A stretch of DNA of 64,000 nt from Balanoglossus misakiensis. Taxonomy: Eukaryota; Animalia; Hemichordata. Position 1 is the first letter of the stretch. Every line of letters starts with the position of its first letter. This document shows, in pieces, positions 47,401-62,400 of the stretch. A program made the position numbers and the translations under genes. The notes beneath the pieces are model-generated. The model saw nothing but the letters and a program-made list of their open reading frames with translations. It did no database searches and was not told the origin of the DNA. The stretch spans positions 1,064,925 through 1,128,924 of the forward strand of contig CM082583.2 in assembly GCA_040954595.2 (NCBI GenBank), written 5' to 3'.

Positions 47401-50400
47401 GTAAAACGCAATTTTGTCTGCAGTGAGCCAAATTAGACGGTCTTTTGTGGAATTTGTATCGATATATACATACGAAGAGCATTCTATACTCCATCAGATT
47501 TCCGAAAATGTAGAAAACAGGTATTTTTTGTAATTTTCAAAAATTTACCATTTTGACCAAATTGTGGCTAAAATTGTTATTTTCGTGTTGAATGCCGCCA
47601 GTGTCACTGCTTTTAAAAGTCATAAAACTTTTAACATACAAGCAATTGTTTATATATGACCAGGTCACCGAATTAATAAAATAAAGAATGTTTTGCCTAA
47701 AAATGACCTTTTTGGTGCAAAAACGAATAAAACGCAATTTTGTATTAAATCAGCTCATTCAGAGTGCATTTTTTATAATCAGCACAATGTTTACATATAA
47801 TGGAAATTTCATACATCATCAGATATCCAAATATGAAAAAATGATTTAGATTTTAGATGATTGTCCAAAATTAGCTGATATCTAACAAATGTAGTATTGA
47901 ACCGTTCTGTTCCCCCCCCCCCCTTACATTATATGCGGTACGCCGATGTCAGCTTACCCGGCAGTACTGTAGGCCGTGCCCCCAACAAACGTCGGTGTTT
48001 GAAACGCCCTGGTTAAATTCGGGCTCTCTCTTTAAATTGACAGGCAATAATGCAGTCCTACCGGAACAAATGTCGAGTGTTGACCCGCTGTGACTTTCCC
48101 TGTTCGGTTTGCCCGACTTAGCCAACGTCTTTGTACTAGAGTGTCGGGTCTTTTGCAGAGCCAGGCCGAAGGAAATCCGACTTGATCACCGTTGCTAACG
48201 AACGCTAGTGTCTGTCATGGTGTGCCGGGGTTTTAGTCGAGCCAGGCCGTAGGAGATCTGACTTGATCATCGTGGTCAATGTACGCGTGTTTCCGCTCTA
48301 AAGTGCCGGGGCTTCAGCTAAACCAGGCCGTAGGAAATCCGACGTAATCACCGTTGATAACTTACGCCTGTCTGTGTCATATAGAGCCGGTGCACCAGCC
48401 GAGTCACGCCGTAGGAAATCTGACTTGATCAACGTGGTCAATGTACGCCTGTTTCTGCTCTAGAGTGCCGGGGCTTCAGCTGAGCCAGGCCGTAGGAAAC
48501 CCGACGTGATTACCGTTGTTAACTTACGCCAGTCTGTGTCCTATATATAGTGCCGGGGCATCAGCCGTGCCAGGCCGAAGGAAATGTGAGTAGATCAACG
48601 TGGTCTCTGTACGCGTGTTTCTGCTCTAGAGTGCCAGGGCTTTAGCCAAGCCATGCCGTAGGAAATCTGACTTGATCAACGTTGCTAACGAACGCTAGTG
48701 TCTGTCATAGTGTGCCGGGGTTTTAGTCGAGCCAAGCCGTAGGAGATCAGACTTGATCAACGTGGTCTCTGTACGCGTGTTTCTGCTCTAGAGTGCCGGG
48801 GCTTTATCCAAGCCATGCCGTAGAAAATCTGACTTGATCACCGTTGCTAACGTACGCTAGTGTCTGTCATATTGTGACGGAGATTTAGCCGAGCCAGGCC
48901 GTAGAAAAATCGACTTGTTCAACGTTACCAGTGAGCAACTGTTTCTGCTCTAGAGTGTCAGGGTTTTAGCCGACTTATGCTGTAGGAAATCTGAGTTGAT
49001 GAACGCGAATTCAATGTTAGAAAACCCGTGTGGAAAGTATCTCTACCCGTTTGAAACTAAGAAAAGAATTTATTCTTATTTATTTTGTAAAAAAGACAAT
49101 TTTTCGAAAAAAAGTCGAAAAATTGCAATTTTGTCTTGGGTGATTCAAATTATACCGCCTTTTCTGGAATTTGCAGCACTTTTTACAAGAGAACGACACT
49201 TCATGCTCCATAATATTTCCGAAAATGAAGAAAAGAGTTAATTTTTTATGATTTTTTAAAAATTTACCATTTTTGTCAAAATATGGCCAAAATGGCTATT
49301 TTTTCTTGAATTCCGTCAATATATCTGCATTTTTGGAGTGGTCGAAAGTTTTAACATACAATCAACATGTCATATATGATCAGGGCACCAAATTCGAAGA
49401 ACAAAGGTTTTTTTTATTTTTTTTTCTTCTAAAAATGACATTTTCAAGGAAAATTTGGTAAAACGCAATTTTGTCTGCAGTGAGCCAAATTAGACGGTCT
49501 TTTGTGGAATTTGTATCGATATATACATACGAAGAGCAATCTATACTCCATCAGATTTCCGAAAATGTAGAAAACAGGTATTTTTTGTAATTTTCAAAAA
49601 TTTACCGTTTTGACCAAATTGTGGCTAAAATTGTTATTTTCGTGTTGAATGCCGCCAGTGTCACTGCTTTTAAAAGTCATAAAACTTTTAACATACAAGC
49701 AATTGTTTATATATGATCAGGTCACCGAATTAATAAAATAAAGAATGTTTTGCCTAAAAATGACCTTTTTGGTGCAAAAACGAATAAAACGCAATTTTGT
49801 ATTAAATCAGCTCACTCAGAGTGCATTTTTTATAATCAGCACAATGTTTACATATAATGGAAATTTCATACATCATCAGATATCCAAATATGAAAAAATG
49901 ATTTAGATTTTAGATGATTGTCCAAAATTAGCTGATATCTAACAAATGTAGTATTGAACCGTTCTGTTCCCCCCCCCCCCCCCTTACATTATATGCGGTA
50001 CGCCGATGTCAGCTTACCCGGCAGTACTGTAGGCCGTGCCCCCAACAAACGTCGGTGTTTGAAACGCCCTGGTTAAATTCGGGCTCTCTCTTTAAATTGA
50101 CAGGCAATAATGCAGTCCTACCGGAACAAATGTCGAGTGTTGAACCGCTGCGACTTTCCCTGTTCGGTTTGCCCGACTTAGTCAACGTCTTTGTACTAGA
50201 GTGTCGGGTCTTTTGCAGAACCAGGCCGAAGGAAATCCGACTTGATCACCGTTGCTAACGAACGCTAGTGTCTGTCATGGTGTGCCGGGGTTTTAGTCGA
50301 GCCAGGCCGTAGGAGATCTGACTTGATCATCGTGGTCAATGTACGCGTGTTTCCGCTCTAAAGTGCCGGGGCTTCAGCTAAACCAGGCCGTAGGAAATCC

Positions 50401-53400
50401 GACGTAATCACCGTTGATAACTTACGCCAGTCTGTGTCATATAGAGCCGGTGCACCAGCCGAGTCACGCCGTAGGAAATCTGACTTGATCAACGTGGTCA
50501 ATGTACGCCTGTTTCTGCTCTAGAGTGCCGGGGCTTCAGCTGAGCCAGGCCGTAGGAAACCCGACGTGATTACCGTTGTTAACTTACGCCAGTCTGTGTC
50601 CTATATATAGTGCCGGGGCATCAGCCGTGCCAGGCCGAAGGAAATGTGAGTAGATCAACGTGGTCTCTGTACGCGTGTTTCTGCTCTAGAGTGCCAGGGC
50701 TTTAGCCAAGCCATGCCGTAGGAAATCTGACTTGATCAACGTTGCTAACGAACGCTAGTGTCTGTCTTAGTGTGCCGGGGTTTTAGTCGAGCCAAGCCGT
50801 AGGAGATCAGACTTGATCAACGTGGTCTCTGTACGCGTGTTTCTGCTCTAGAGTGCCGGGGCTTTATCCAAGCCATGCCGTAGAAAATCTGACTTGATCA
50901 CCGTTGCTAACGTACGCTAGTGTCTGTCATATTGTGACGGAGATTTAGCCGAGCCAGGCCGTAGAAAAATCGACTTGTTCAACGTTACCAGTGTGCAACT
51001 GTTTCTGCTCTAGAGTGTCAGGGTTTTAGCCGACTTATGCTGTAGGAAATCTGAGTTGATGAACGGGAATTCAATGTTAGAAAACCCGTGTGGAAAGTAT
51101 CTCTACCCGTTTGAAACTAAGAAAAGAATTTATTCTTATTTATTTTGTAAAAAAGACAATTTTTCGAAAAAAAGTTGAAAATGGTAATTTTGTCTTGGGT
51201 GATTCAAATTATACCGCCTTTTCTGGAATTTGCAGCACTTTTTGCAAGAGAACGACACTTCATGCTCCATAATATTTCCGAAAATGAAGAAAAGAGTTAA
51301 TTTTTTATGATTTTTTAAAAATTTACCATTTTTGTCAAAATATGGCCAAAATGGCTATTTTTTCTTGAATTCCGTCAATATATCTGCATTTTTGGAGTGG
51401 TCGAAAGTTTTAACATACAATCAACATGTCATATATGATCAGGGCACCAAATTCGAAGAACAAAGGTTTTTTTATTTTTTTTTCTTCTAAAAATGACATT
51501 TTCAAGGAAAATTTGGTAAAACGCAATTTTGTCTGCAGTGAGCCAAATTAGACGGTCTTTTGTGGAATTTGTATCGATATATACATACGAAGAGCATTCT
51601 ATACTCCATCAGATTTCCGAAAATGTAGAAAACAGGTATTTTTTTGTAATTTTCAAAAATTTTCCATTTTGACCAAATTGTGGCTAAAATTTTTATTTTC
51701 GTGTTGAATGCCGCCAGTGTCACTGCTTTTAAAAGTCATAAAAACTTTTAACATACAAGCAATTCTTTATATATGATCAGGTCACCGAATTAAAAAAATA
51801 AAGAATGTTTTGCCTAAAAATGACCTTTTAGGTGCAAAAACGAATAAAACGTAATTTTGTATTAAATCAGCTCATTCAGAGTGCATTTTTTATAATCAGC
51901 ACCATTTTTACATATAATTGAAATTTCATACATCATTAGATATCCAAATATGAAAAAATGATTTAGATTTTAGATGATTGTCCAAAATTAGCTGATATCT
52001 AATAAATGTAGTATTGAACCGTTCTGTTTGCCCCCCCCCCTTACGTTATATGCGGTACGCCGATGTCAGCTTACCCGGCAGTACTGCAGGCCGTGCCCCC
52101 AACTAACGTCGGTGTTTGGAACGCCCTGGCTAAATTCGGGCTTTCTCTATAAATTGACAGGCAATAATGCAGTCCTACCCGAACAAATGTCGAGTGTTGA
52201 CCCGCTGTGACTTACCATCTTCGGTTTGCCCGACTTAGCCAACGTCTTTGTACTAGAGTGTCAGGTCTTTTGCAGAGCCAGGCCGAAGGAAATCCGACTT
52301 GATCACCGTTGCTAACGAACGCTAGTGTCTGTCATGGTGTGCCGGGGTTTTAGTCGAGCCAGGCCGTAGGAGATCTGACTTGATCATCGTGGTCAATGTA
52401 CGCGTGTTTCCGCTCTAAAGTGCCGGGGCTTCAGCGAAACCAGACCGTAGGAAATCCGACGTAATCACCGTTGATAACTTACGCCAGTCTGTGTCATATA
52501 GAGCCGGTGCACAAGCCGAGTCACGCCGTAGGAAATCTGACTTGATCAACGTGGTCAATGTACGCCTGTTTCTGCTCTAGAGTGCCGGGGCTTCAGCTGA
52601 GCCAGGCCGTAGGAAACCCGACGTGATTACCGTTGTTAACTTACGCCAGTCTGTGTCCTATATATAGTGCCGGGGCATCAGCCGTGCCAGGCCGAAGGAA
52701 ATGTGAGTAGATCAACGTGGTCTCTGTACGCGTGTTTCTGCTCTAGAGTGCCAGGGCTTTAGCCAAGCCATGCCGTAGGAAATCTGACTTGATCAACGAT
52801 GCTAACGAACGCTAGTGTCTGTCATAGTGTGCCGGGGTTTTAGTCGAGCCAAGCCGTAGGAGATCAGACTTGATCAACGTGGTCTCTGTACGCGTGTTTC
52901 TGCTCTAGAGTGCCGGGGCTTTATCCAAGCCATGCCGTAGAAAATCTGACTTGATCACCGTTGCTAACGTACGCTAGTGTCTGTCATATTGTGACGGAGA
53001 TTTAGCCGAGCCAGGCCATAGAAAAATCGACTTGTTCAACGTTACCAGTGTGCAACTGTTTCTGCTCTAGAGAGTCAGGGTTTTAGCCGACTTATGCTGT
53101 AGGAAATCTGAGTTGATGAACGGGAATTCAATGTTAGAAAACCCTTGTGGAAAGTATCTCTACCCGTTTGGAACTAAGAAAAGAATTTATTCTTATTTAT
53201 TTTGTAAAAAAGACAATTTTTCGAAAAAAAATCGAAAATGGTAATTTTGTCTTGGGTGATTCAAATTATACCGCCTTTTCTGGAATTTGCTGCACTTCTT
53301 ACAAGAGAACGACACTTCATGCTCCATAATATTTCGGAAAATGAAGAAAAGAGTTATTTTTTTAAGATTTTTTAAAAATTTACCATTTTTGTCAAAATAT

Positions 53401-56400
53401 GGCCAAAATGGCTATTTTTTCTTGAATTCCGTCAATATATCTGCATTTTTGGAGTGGTCGAAAGTTTTAACATACAATCAACATGTCATATATGATCAGG
53501 GCACCAAATTCGAAGAACAAAGTTTTTTTTTTTTTTTTTCTTCTAAAAATGACATTTTCAAGGAAAATTTGGTAAAACGCAATTTTGTCTGCAGTGAGCC
53601 AAATTAGACGGTCTTTTGTGGAATTTGTATCGATATATACATACGAAGAGCATTCTATACTCCATCAGATTTCCGAAAATGTAGAAAACAGGTATTTTTT
53701 TGTAATTTTCAAAAATTTACCATTTTGACCAAATTGTGGCTAAAATTTTTATTTTCGTGTTGAATGCCGCCAGTGTCACTGCTTTTAAAAGTCATAAAAA
53801 CTTTTAACATACAAGCAATTGTTTATATATGATCAGGTCACCGAATAAAAAAATAAAGAATGTTTTGCCTAAAAATGACCTTTTTGGTGCAAAAACGAAT
53901 AAAACGCAATTTTGTATTAAATCAGAATGCATTTTTTATAATCAGCACCATTTTTACATGTAATGGAAATTTCATACATCATCAGATATCCAAATATAAA
54001 AAAAATGATTTAGATTTTAGATGATTGTCCAAAATTAGCTGATATCTAATAAATGTAGTATTGAACCGTTCTGTCCCCCCCCCCCTACATTATATCCGGT
54101 ACGCCGATGTCAGCTTACCCGGCAGTACTGCAGGCCGTGCCCCCAACTAACGTCGGTGTTTGAAACGCCCTGGTTAAATTCGAGCTTTCTCTATAAATTG
54201 ACAGGCAATAATGCAGTCCTACCCGAACAAATGTCAAGTGTTAAACTGCTGTGACTTTCCCTCTTCGGTTTGCCCGACTTAGCCAACGTCTTTGTACTAG
54301 AGTGTCGGGTCTTTTGCAGAGCCGGGCCGAAGGAAATCCGACTTGATCACCGTTGCTAACGAACGCTAGTGTCTATCATGGTGTGCCGGGGTTTTAGTCG
54401 AGCCAGGCCGTAGGAGATCTGACTTGAACATCGTGGTCAATGTACGCGTGTTTCCGCTCTAAAGTACCGGGGCTTCAGGTAAACCAGGCCGTAGGAAATC
54501 CGACGTAATCACCGTTGATAACTTACGCCAGTCTGTGTCATATAGAGCCGGTGCACCAGCCGAGTCACGCCGTAGGAAATCTGACTTGATCAACGTGGTC
54601 AATGTACGCCTGTTTCTGCTCTAGAGTGCCGGGGCTTCAGCTGACCCAGGAAGTAGGAAACCCGACGTGATTACCGTTGTTAACTTACGCCAGTCTGTGT
54701 CATATATGTAGTGCCGGGGCATCAGCCGTGCCAGGCCGAAGGAAATGTGAGTAGATCAACGTGGTCTCTGTACGCGTGTTTCTGCTCTAGAGTGCCAGGG
54801 CTTTAGCCAAGCCATGCCGTAGGAAATCTGACTTGATCAACGTTGCTAACGAACGCTAGTGTCTGTCATAGTGTGCCGGGGTTTTAGTCGAGCCAAGCCG
54901 TAGGAGATCAGACTTGATCAACGTGGTCTCTGCACGCGTGTTTCTGCTCTAGAGTGCCGGGGCTTTATCCAAGCCATGCCGTAGAAAATCTGACTTGATC
55001 ACCGTTGCTAACGTACGCTAGTGTCTGTCATATTGTGACGGAGATTTAGCCGAGCAAGGCCATAGAAAAATCGACTTGTTCAACGTTACCAGTGTGCAAC
55101 TGTTTCTGCTCTAGAGTGTCAGGGTTTTAGCCGACTTATGCTGTAGGAAATCTGAGTTGATGAACGGGAATTCAATGTTAGAAAACCCTTGTGGAAAGTA
55201 TCTCTACCCGTTTGAAACTAAGAAAAGAATTTATTCTTATTTATTTAGTAAAAAAGACAATTTTTCGAAAAAAAGTCGAAAATGGTAATTTTGTCTTGGG
55301 TGATTCAAATTATACCGCCTTTTCTGGAATTTGCTGCACTTCTTACAAGAGAACGACACTTCATGCTCCATAATATTTCGGAAAATGAAGAAAAGAGTTA
55401 TGTTTTTATGATTTTTTAAAAATTTACCATTTTTGTCAAAATATGGCCAAAATGGCTATTTTTTCTTGAATTCCGTCAATATCTCTGCATTTTTGGAGTG
55501 GTCGAAAGTCTTAACATATAATCAACATGTCATATATGATCAGGGCACCAAATTCGAAGAACAAAGGTTTTTTTATTTTTTTCTCTAAAAATGACATTTT
55601 CAAGGAAAATTTGGTAAAACGCAATTTTGTCTGCAGTGAGCCAAATTGGCCGTTTTTTGTGGAATTTGTATCGATATATATATACGAAGAGCATTCTATA
55701 CTCCATCAGATTTCCGAAAATGTAGAAAACAGGTATTTTTTATAATTTTCAAAAATTTACCATTTTGACCAAATTGTGGCTAAAATTTTTATTTTCGTGT
55801 TGAATGCCGCCAGTGTCACTGCTTTTAAAAGTCATAAAATGTTTTAACATACAAGCAATTGTTTATATATGATCAGGTCACCGAATTAAAAAAATAAAGA
55901 ATGTTTTGCCTAAAAATGACCTTTTTGGTGTAAAAACGAATAAAACGCAATTTTGTATTAAATCAGAATGCATTTTTTATAATCAGCACCATTTTTACAT
56001 GTAATGGAAATTTCATACATCATCAGATATCCAAATATGAAAAAATGATTTAGATTTTAGATGATTGTCCAAAATTAGCTGATATCTAATAAATGTAGTA
56101 TTGAACCGTTCTGTCCCCCCCTACATTATATGCGGTACGCCGATGTCAGCTTACCCGGCAGTACTGCAGGCCGTGCCCCCAACTAACGTCGGTGTTTGAA
56201 ACGCCCTGGTTAAATTCGGGCTTTCTCTATAAATTGACAGGCAATAATGCAGTCCTACCCGAACAAATGTCAAGTGTTAAACCGCTGTGACTTTCCCTCT
56301 TCGGTTTGCCCGACTTAGCCAACGTCTTTGTACTAGAGTGTCGGGTCTTTTGCAGAGCCAGGCCGAAGGAAATCCGACTTGATCACCGTTGCTAACGAAC

Positions 56401-59400
56401 GCTAGTGTCTATCATGGTGTGCCGGGGTTTTAGTCGAGCCAGGCCGTAGGAGATCTGACTTGATCATCGTGGTCAATGTACGCGTGTTTCCGCTCTAAAG
56501 TACCGGGGCTTCAGGTAAACCAGGCCGTAGGAAATCCGACGTAATCACCGTTGATAACTTACGCCAGTCTGTGTCATATAGAGCCGGTGCACCAGCCGAG
56601 TCACGCCGTAGGAAATCTGACTTGATCAACGTGGTCAATGTACGCCTGTTTCTGCTCTAGAGTGCCGGGGCTTCAGCTGAGCCAGGCCGTAGGAAACCCG
56701 ACGTGATTACCGTTGTTAACTTACGACAGTCTGTGTCATATATATAGTGCCGGGGCATCAGCCGTGCCAGGCCGAAGGAAATGTGAGTAGATCAACGTGG
56801 TCTCTGTACGCGTGTTTCTGCTCTAGAGTGCCAGGGCTTTAGCCAAGCCATGCCGTAGGAAATCTGACTTGATCAACGTTGCTAACGAACGCTAGTGTCT
56901 GTCATAGTGTGCCGGGGTTTTAGTCGAGCCAAGCCGTAGGAGATCAGACTTGATAAACGTGGTCTCTGTACGCGTGTTTCTGCTCTAGAGTGCCGGGGCT
57001 TTATCCAAGCCATGCCGTAGAAAATCTGACTTGATCACCGTTGCTAACGTACGCTAGTGTCTGTCATATTGTGACGGAGATTTAGCAGAGCCAGGCCGTA
57101 GAAAAATCGACATGTTCAACGTTACCAGTGTGCAACTGTTTCTGCTCTAGAGTGTCAGGGTTTTAGCCGACTTATGCTGTAGGAAATCTGAGTTGATGAA
57201 TGGGAATTCAATGTTAGAAAACCCGTGTGGAAAGTATCTCTACCCGTTTGAAACTAAGAAAAGAATTTATTCTTATTTATTTTGTAAAAAAGACAATTTT
57301 TCGAAAAAAAGCCGAAAATGGTAATTTTGTCTTGGGTGATTCAAATTATACCGCCTTTTCTGGAATTTGCAGCACTTTTTACAAGAGAACGACACTTCAT
57401 GCTCCATTATATTTCCGAAAATGAAGAAAAGAGTTAATTTTTTATGATATTTTACAAATTTACCATTTTTGTCAAAATATGGCCAAAATGGCTATTTTTT
57501 CTTGAATTCCGTCAATATATCTGCATTTTTGGAGTGGTCGAAAGTTTTAACATACAATCAACATGTCATATATGATCAGGGCACCAAATTCGAAGAACAA
57601 AGGTTTTTTTATTTTTTTTCTTCTAAAAATGACATTTTCAAGGAAAATTTGGTAAAACGCAATTTTGTCTGCAGTGAGCCAAATTAGACGGTCTTTTGTG
57701 GTATTTGTATCGATATATACATACGAAGAGCATTCTATACTCCATCAGATTTCCGAAAATGTAGAAAACAGGTATTTTTTATAATTTTCAAAAATTTACC
57801 ATTTTGACCAAATTGTGGCTAAAATTGTTATTTTCGTGTTGAATGCCGCCAGTGTCACTGCTTTTAAAAGTCATAAAATGTTTTAACATACAAGCAATTG
57901 TTTATATATGATCAGGTCACCGAATTAAAAAAATAAAGAATGTTTTGCCTAAAAATGACCTTTTTGGTGTAAAAACGAATAAAACGCAATTTTGTATTAA
58001 ATCAGAATGCATTTTTTATAATCAGCACCATTTTTACATGTAATGGAAATTTCATACATCATCAGATATCCAAATATGAAAAAATGATTTAGATTTTAGA
58101 TGATTGTCCAAAATTAGCTGATATCTAATAAATGTAGTATTGAACCGTTCTGTCCCCCCCTACATTATATGCGGTACGCCGATGTCAGCTTACCCGGCAG
58201 TACTGCAGGCCGTGCCCCCAACTAACGTCGGTGTTTGAAACGCCCTGGTTAAATTCGGGCTTTCTCTATAAATTGACAGGCAATAATGCAGTCCTACCCG
58301 AACAAATGTCAAGTGTTAAACCGCTGTGACTTTCCCTCTTCGGTTTGCCCGACTTAGCCAACGTCTTTGTACTAGAGTGTCGAGTCTTTTGCAGAGCCAG
58401 GCCGAAGGAAATCCGACTTGATCACCGTTGCTAACGAACGCTAGTGTCTATCATGGTGTGCCGGGGTTTTAGTCGAGCCAGGCCGTAGGAGATCTGACTT
58501 GATCATCGTGGTCAATGTACGCGTGTTTCCGCTCTAAAGTACCGGGGCTTCAGGTAAACCAGGCCGTAGGAAATCCGACGTAATCACCGTTGATAACTTA
58601 CGCCAGTCTGTGTCATATAGAGCCGGTGCACCAGCCGAGTCACGCCGTAGGAAATCTGACTTGATCAACGTGGTCAATGTACGCCTGTTTCTGCTCTAGA
58701 GTGCCGGGGCTTCAGCTGAGCCAGGCCGTAGGAAACCCGACGTGATTACCGTTGTTAACTTACGACAGTCTGTGTCATATATATAGTGCCGGGGCATCAG
58801 CCGTGCCAGGCCGAAGGAAATGTGAGTAGATCAACGTGGTCTCTGTACGCGTGTTTCTGCTCTAGAGTGCCAGGGCTTTAGCCAAGCCATGCCGTAGGAA
58901 ATCTGACTTGATCAACGTTGCTAACGAACGCTAGTGTCTGTCATAGTGTGCCGGGGTTTTAGTCGAGCCAAGCCGTAGGAGATCAGACTTGATAAACGTG
59001 GTCTCTGTACGCGTGTTTCTGCTCTAGAGTGCCGGGGCTTTATCCAAGCCATGCCGTAGAAAATCTGACTTGATCACCGTTGCTAACGTACGCTAGTGTC
59101 TGTCATATTGTGACGGAGATTTAGCAGAGCCAGGCCGTAGAAAAATCGACATGTTCAACGTTACCAGTGTGCAACTGTTTCTGCTCTAGAGTGTCAGGGT
59201 TTTAGCCGACTTATGCTGTAGGAAATCTGAGTTGATGAATGGGAATTCAATGTTAGAAAACCCGTGTGGAAAGTATCTCTACCCGTTTGAAACTAAGAAA
59301 AGAATTTATTCTTATTTATTTTGTAAAAAAGACAATTTTTCGAAAAAAAGCCGAAAATGGTAATTTTGTCTTGGGTGATTCAAATTATACCGCCTTTTCT

Positions 59401-62400
59401 GGAATTTGCAGCACTTTTTACAAGAGAACGACACTTCATGCTCCATTATATTTCCGAAAATGAAGAAAAGAGTTAATTTTTTATGATATTTTACAAATTT
59501 ACCATTTTTGTCAAAATATGGCCAAAATGGCTATTTTTTCTTGAATTCCGTCAATATATCTGCATTTTTGGAGTGGTCGAAAGTTTTAACATACAATCAA
59601 CATGTCATATATGATCAGGGCACCAAATTCGAAGAACAAAGGTTTTTTTTATTTTTTTTCTTCTAAAAATGACATTTTCAAGGAAAATTTGGTAAAACGC
59701 AATTTTGTCTGCAGTGAGCCAAATTAGACGGTCTTTTGTGGTATTTGTATCGATATATACATACGAAGAGCATTCTATACTCCATCAGATTTCCGAAAAT
59801 GTAGAAAACAGGTATTGTTTTGTAATTTTCAAAAATTTACCATTTTGACCAAATTGTGGCTAAAATTGTTATTTTCGTGTTGAATGCCGCCAGTGTCACT
59901 GCTTTTAAAAGTCATAAAAACTTTTAACATACAAGCAATTGTTTATATATGATCAGGTCACCGAATTAAAAAAATAAAGAATGTTTTGCCTAAAAATGAC
60001 CTTTTTGGTGCAAAAACGAATAAAACGCAATTTTGTATTAAATCAGAATGCATTTTTTATAATCAGCACCATTTTTACATGTAATGGAAATTTAATACAT
60101 CATCAGATATCCAAATATGAAAAAAATGATTTAGATTTTAGATGATTGTCCAAAATTAGCTGATATCTAATAAATGTAGTATTGAACCGTTCTGTCCCCC
60201 CCCCCCCCTACATTATATGCGGTACGCCGATGTCAGCTTACCCGGCAGTACTGCAGGCCGTGCCCCCAACTAACGTCGGTGTTTGAAACGCCCTGGTTAA
60301 ATTCGGGCTTTCTCTATAAATTGACAGGCAATAATGCAGTCCTACCGGAACAAATGTCGAGTGTTGACCCGCTGTGACTTTCCCTCTTCGGTTTGCCCGA
60401 CTTAGCCAACGTCTTTGTACTAGAGTGTCGGGTCTTTTGCAGAGCCAGGCCGAAGGAAATCCGACTTGATCACCGTTGCTAACGAACGCTAGTGTCTGTC
60501 ATGGTGTGCCGGGGTTTTAGTCGGGCCAGGCCGTAGGAGATCTGACTTGATCATCGTGGTCAATGTACGCGTGTTTCCGCTCTAAAGTGCCGGGGCTTCA
60601 GCTAAACCAGGCCGTAGGACATCCGCCGTAATCACCGTTGATAACTTACGCCAGTCTGTGTCATATAGAGCCGGTGCACCAGCCGAGTCACGCCGTAGGA
60701 AATCTGACTTGATCAACGTGGTCAATGTACGCCTGTTTCTGCTCTAGAATGCCGGGGCTTCAGCTGAGCCAGGCCGTAGGAAACCCGACGTGATTACCGT
60801 TGTTAACTTACGCCAGTCTGTGTCCTATATATAGTGCCGGGGCATCAGCCGTGCCAGGCCGAAGGAAATGTGAGTAGATCAACGTGGTCTCTGTACGCGT
60901 GTTTCTGCTCTAGAGTGCCAGGGCTTTAGCCAAGCCATGCCGTAGGAAATCTGACTTGATCAACGTTGCTAACGAACGCTAGTGTCTGTCATAGTGTGCC
61001 GGGGTTTTAGTCGAGCCAAGCCGTAGGAGATCAGACTTGATAAACGTGGTCTCTGTACGCGTGTTTCTGCTCTAGAGTGCCGGGGCTTTATCCAAGCCAT
61101 GCCGTAGAAAACCTGACTTGATCACCGTTGCTAACGTACGCTAGTGTCTGTCATATTGTGACGGACATTTAGCGGAGCCAGGCCGTAGAAAAATCGACTT
61201 GTTCAACGTTACCAGTGTGCAACTGTTTCTGCTCTAGAGTGTCAGGGTTTTAGCCGACTTATGCTGTAGGAAATCTGAGTTGATGAACGGGAATTCAATG
61301 TTAGAAAACCCGTGTGGAAAGTATCTCTACCCGTTTGAAACTAAGAAAAGAATTTATTCTTATTTATTTTGTAAAAAAGACAATTTTTCGAAAACAAGTC
61401 GAAAATGGTAATTTTGTCTTGGGTGATTTAAATTATACCGCCTTTTCTGGAATTTGCAGCACTTTTTACAAGAGAACGACACTTCATGCTCCATAATATT
61501 TCCGAAAAAATAAGAAAAGAGTTAATTTTTTATGATTTTTTAAAAATTTACCATTTTTGTCAAAATTTGGCCAAAATGGCTATTTTTTCTTGAATTCCGT
61601 CAATATCTCTGCATTTTTGGAGTGGTCGAAAGTCTTAACATACAATCAACATGTCATATATGATCAGGGCACCAAATTCGAAGAACAAAGGTTTTTTAAT
61701 TTTTTTTTCTAAAAATGACATTTTCAAGGAAAATTTGGTAAAACGCAATTTTGTCTGCAGTGAGCCAAATTAGACGGTCTTTTGTGGAATTTGTATCGAT
61801 ATATACATGCGAAGAGCATTCTATACTCCATCAGATTTCCGAAAATGTAGAAAACAGGTATTTTTTGTAATTTTCAAAAATTTACCATTTTGACCAAATT
61901 GTGGCTACAATTGTTATTTTCGTGTTGAATGCCGCCAGTGTCACTGCTTTTAAAAGTCATAAAAACTTTTAACATACAAGCAATTGTTTATATATGATCA
62001 GGTCACCGAATTAAAAAAATAAAGAATGTTTTGCCTAAAAATGACCTTTTTGGTGCATAAACGAATTAAACGCAATTTTGTATTGAATCAGAATGCATTT
62101 TTTATAATCAGCACCATTTTTACATATAATGGAAATTTCATACATCATCAGATATCCAAATATGAAAAAATGATTTAGATTTTAGATGATTGTCCAAAAT
62201 TAGTTGATATCTAATAAATGTAGTATTGAACCATTCTGTCCCCCCCCCTACATTATATGCGGTACGCCGATGTCAGCTTACCCGGCAGTACTGCAGGCCG
62301 TGCCCCCAACTAACGTCGGTGTTTGAAACGCCCTGGTTAATTTCGGGCTTTCTCTATAAATTGACAGGCAATAATGCAGTCCTACCCGAACAAATGTCAA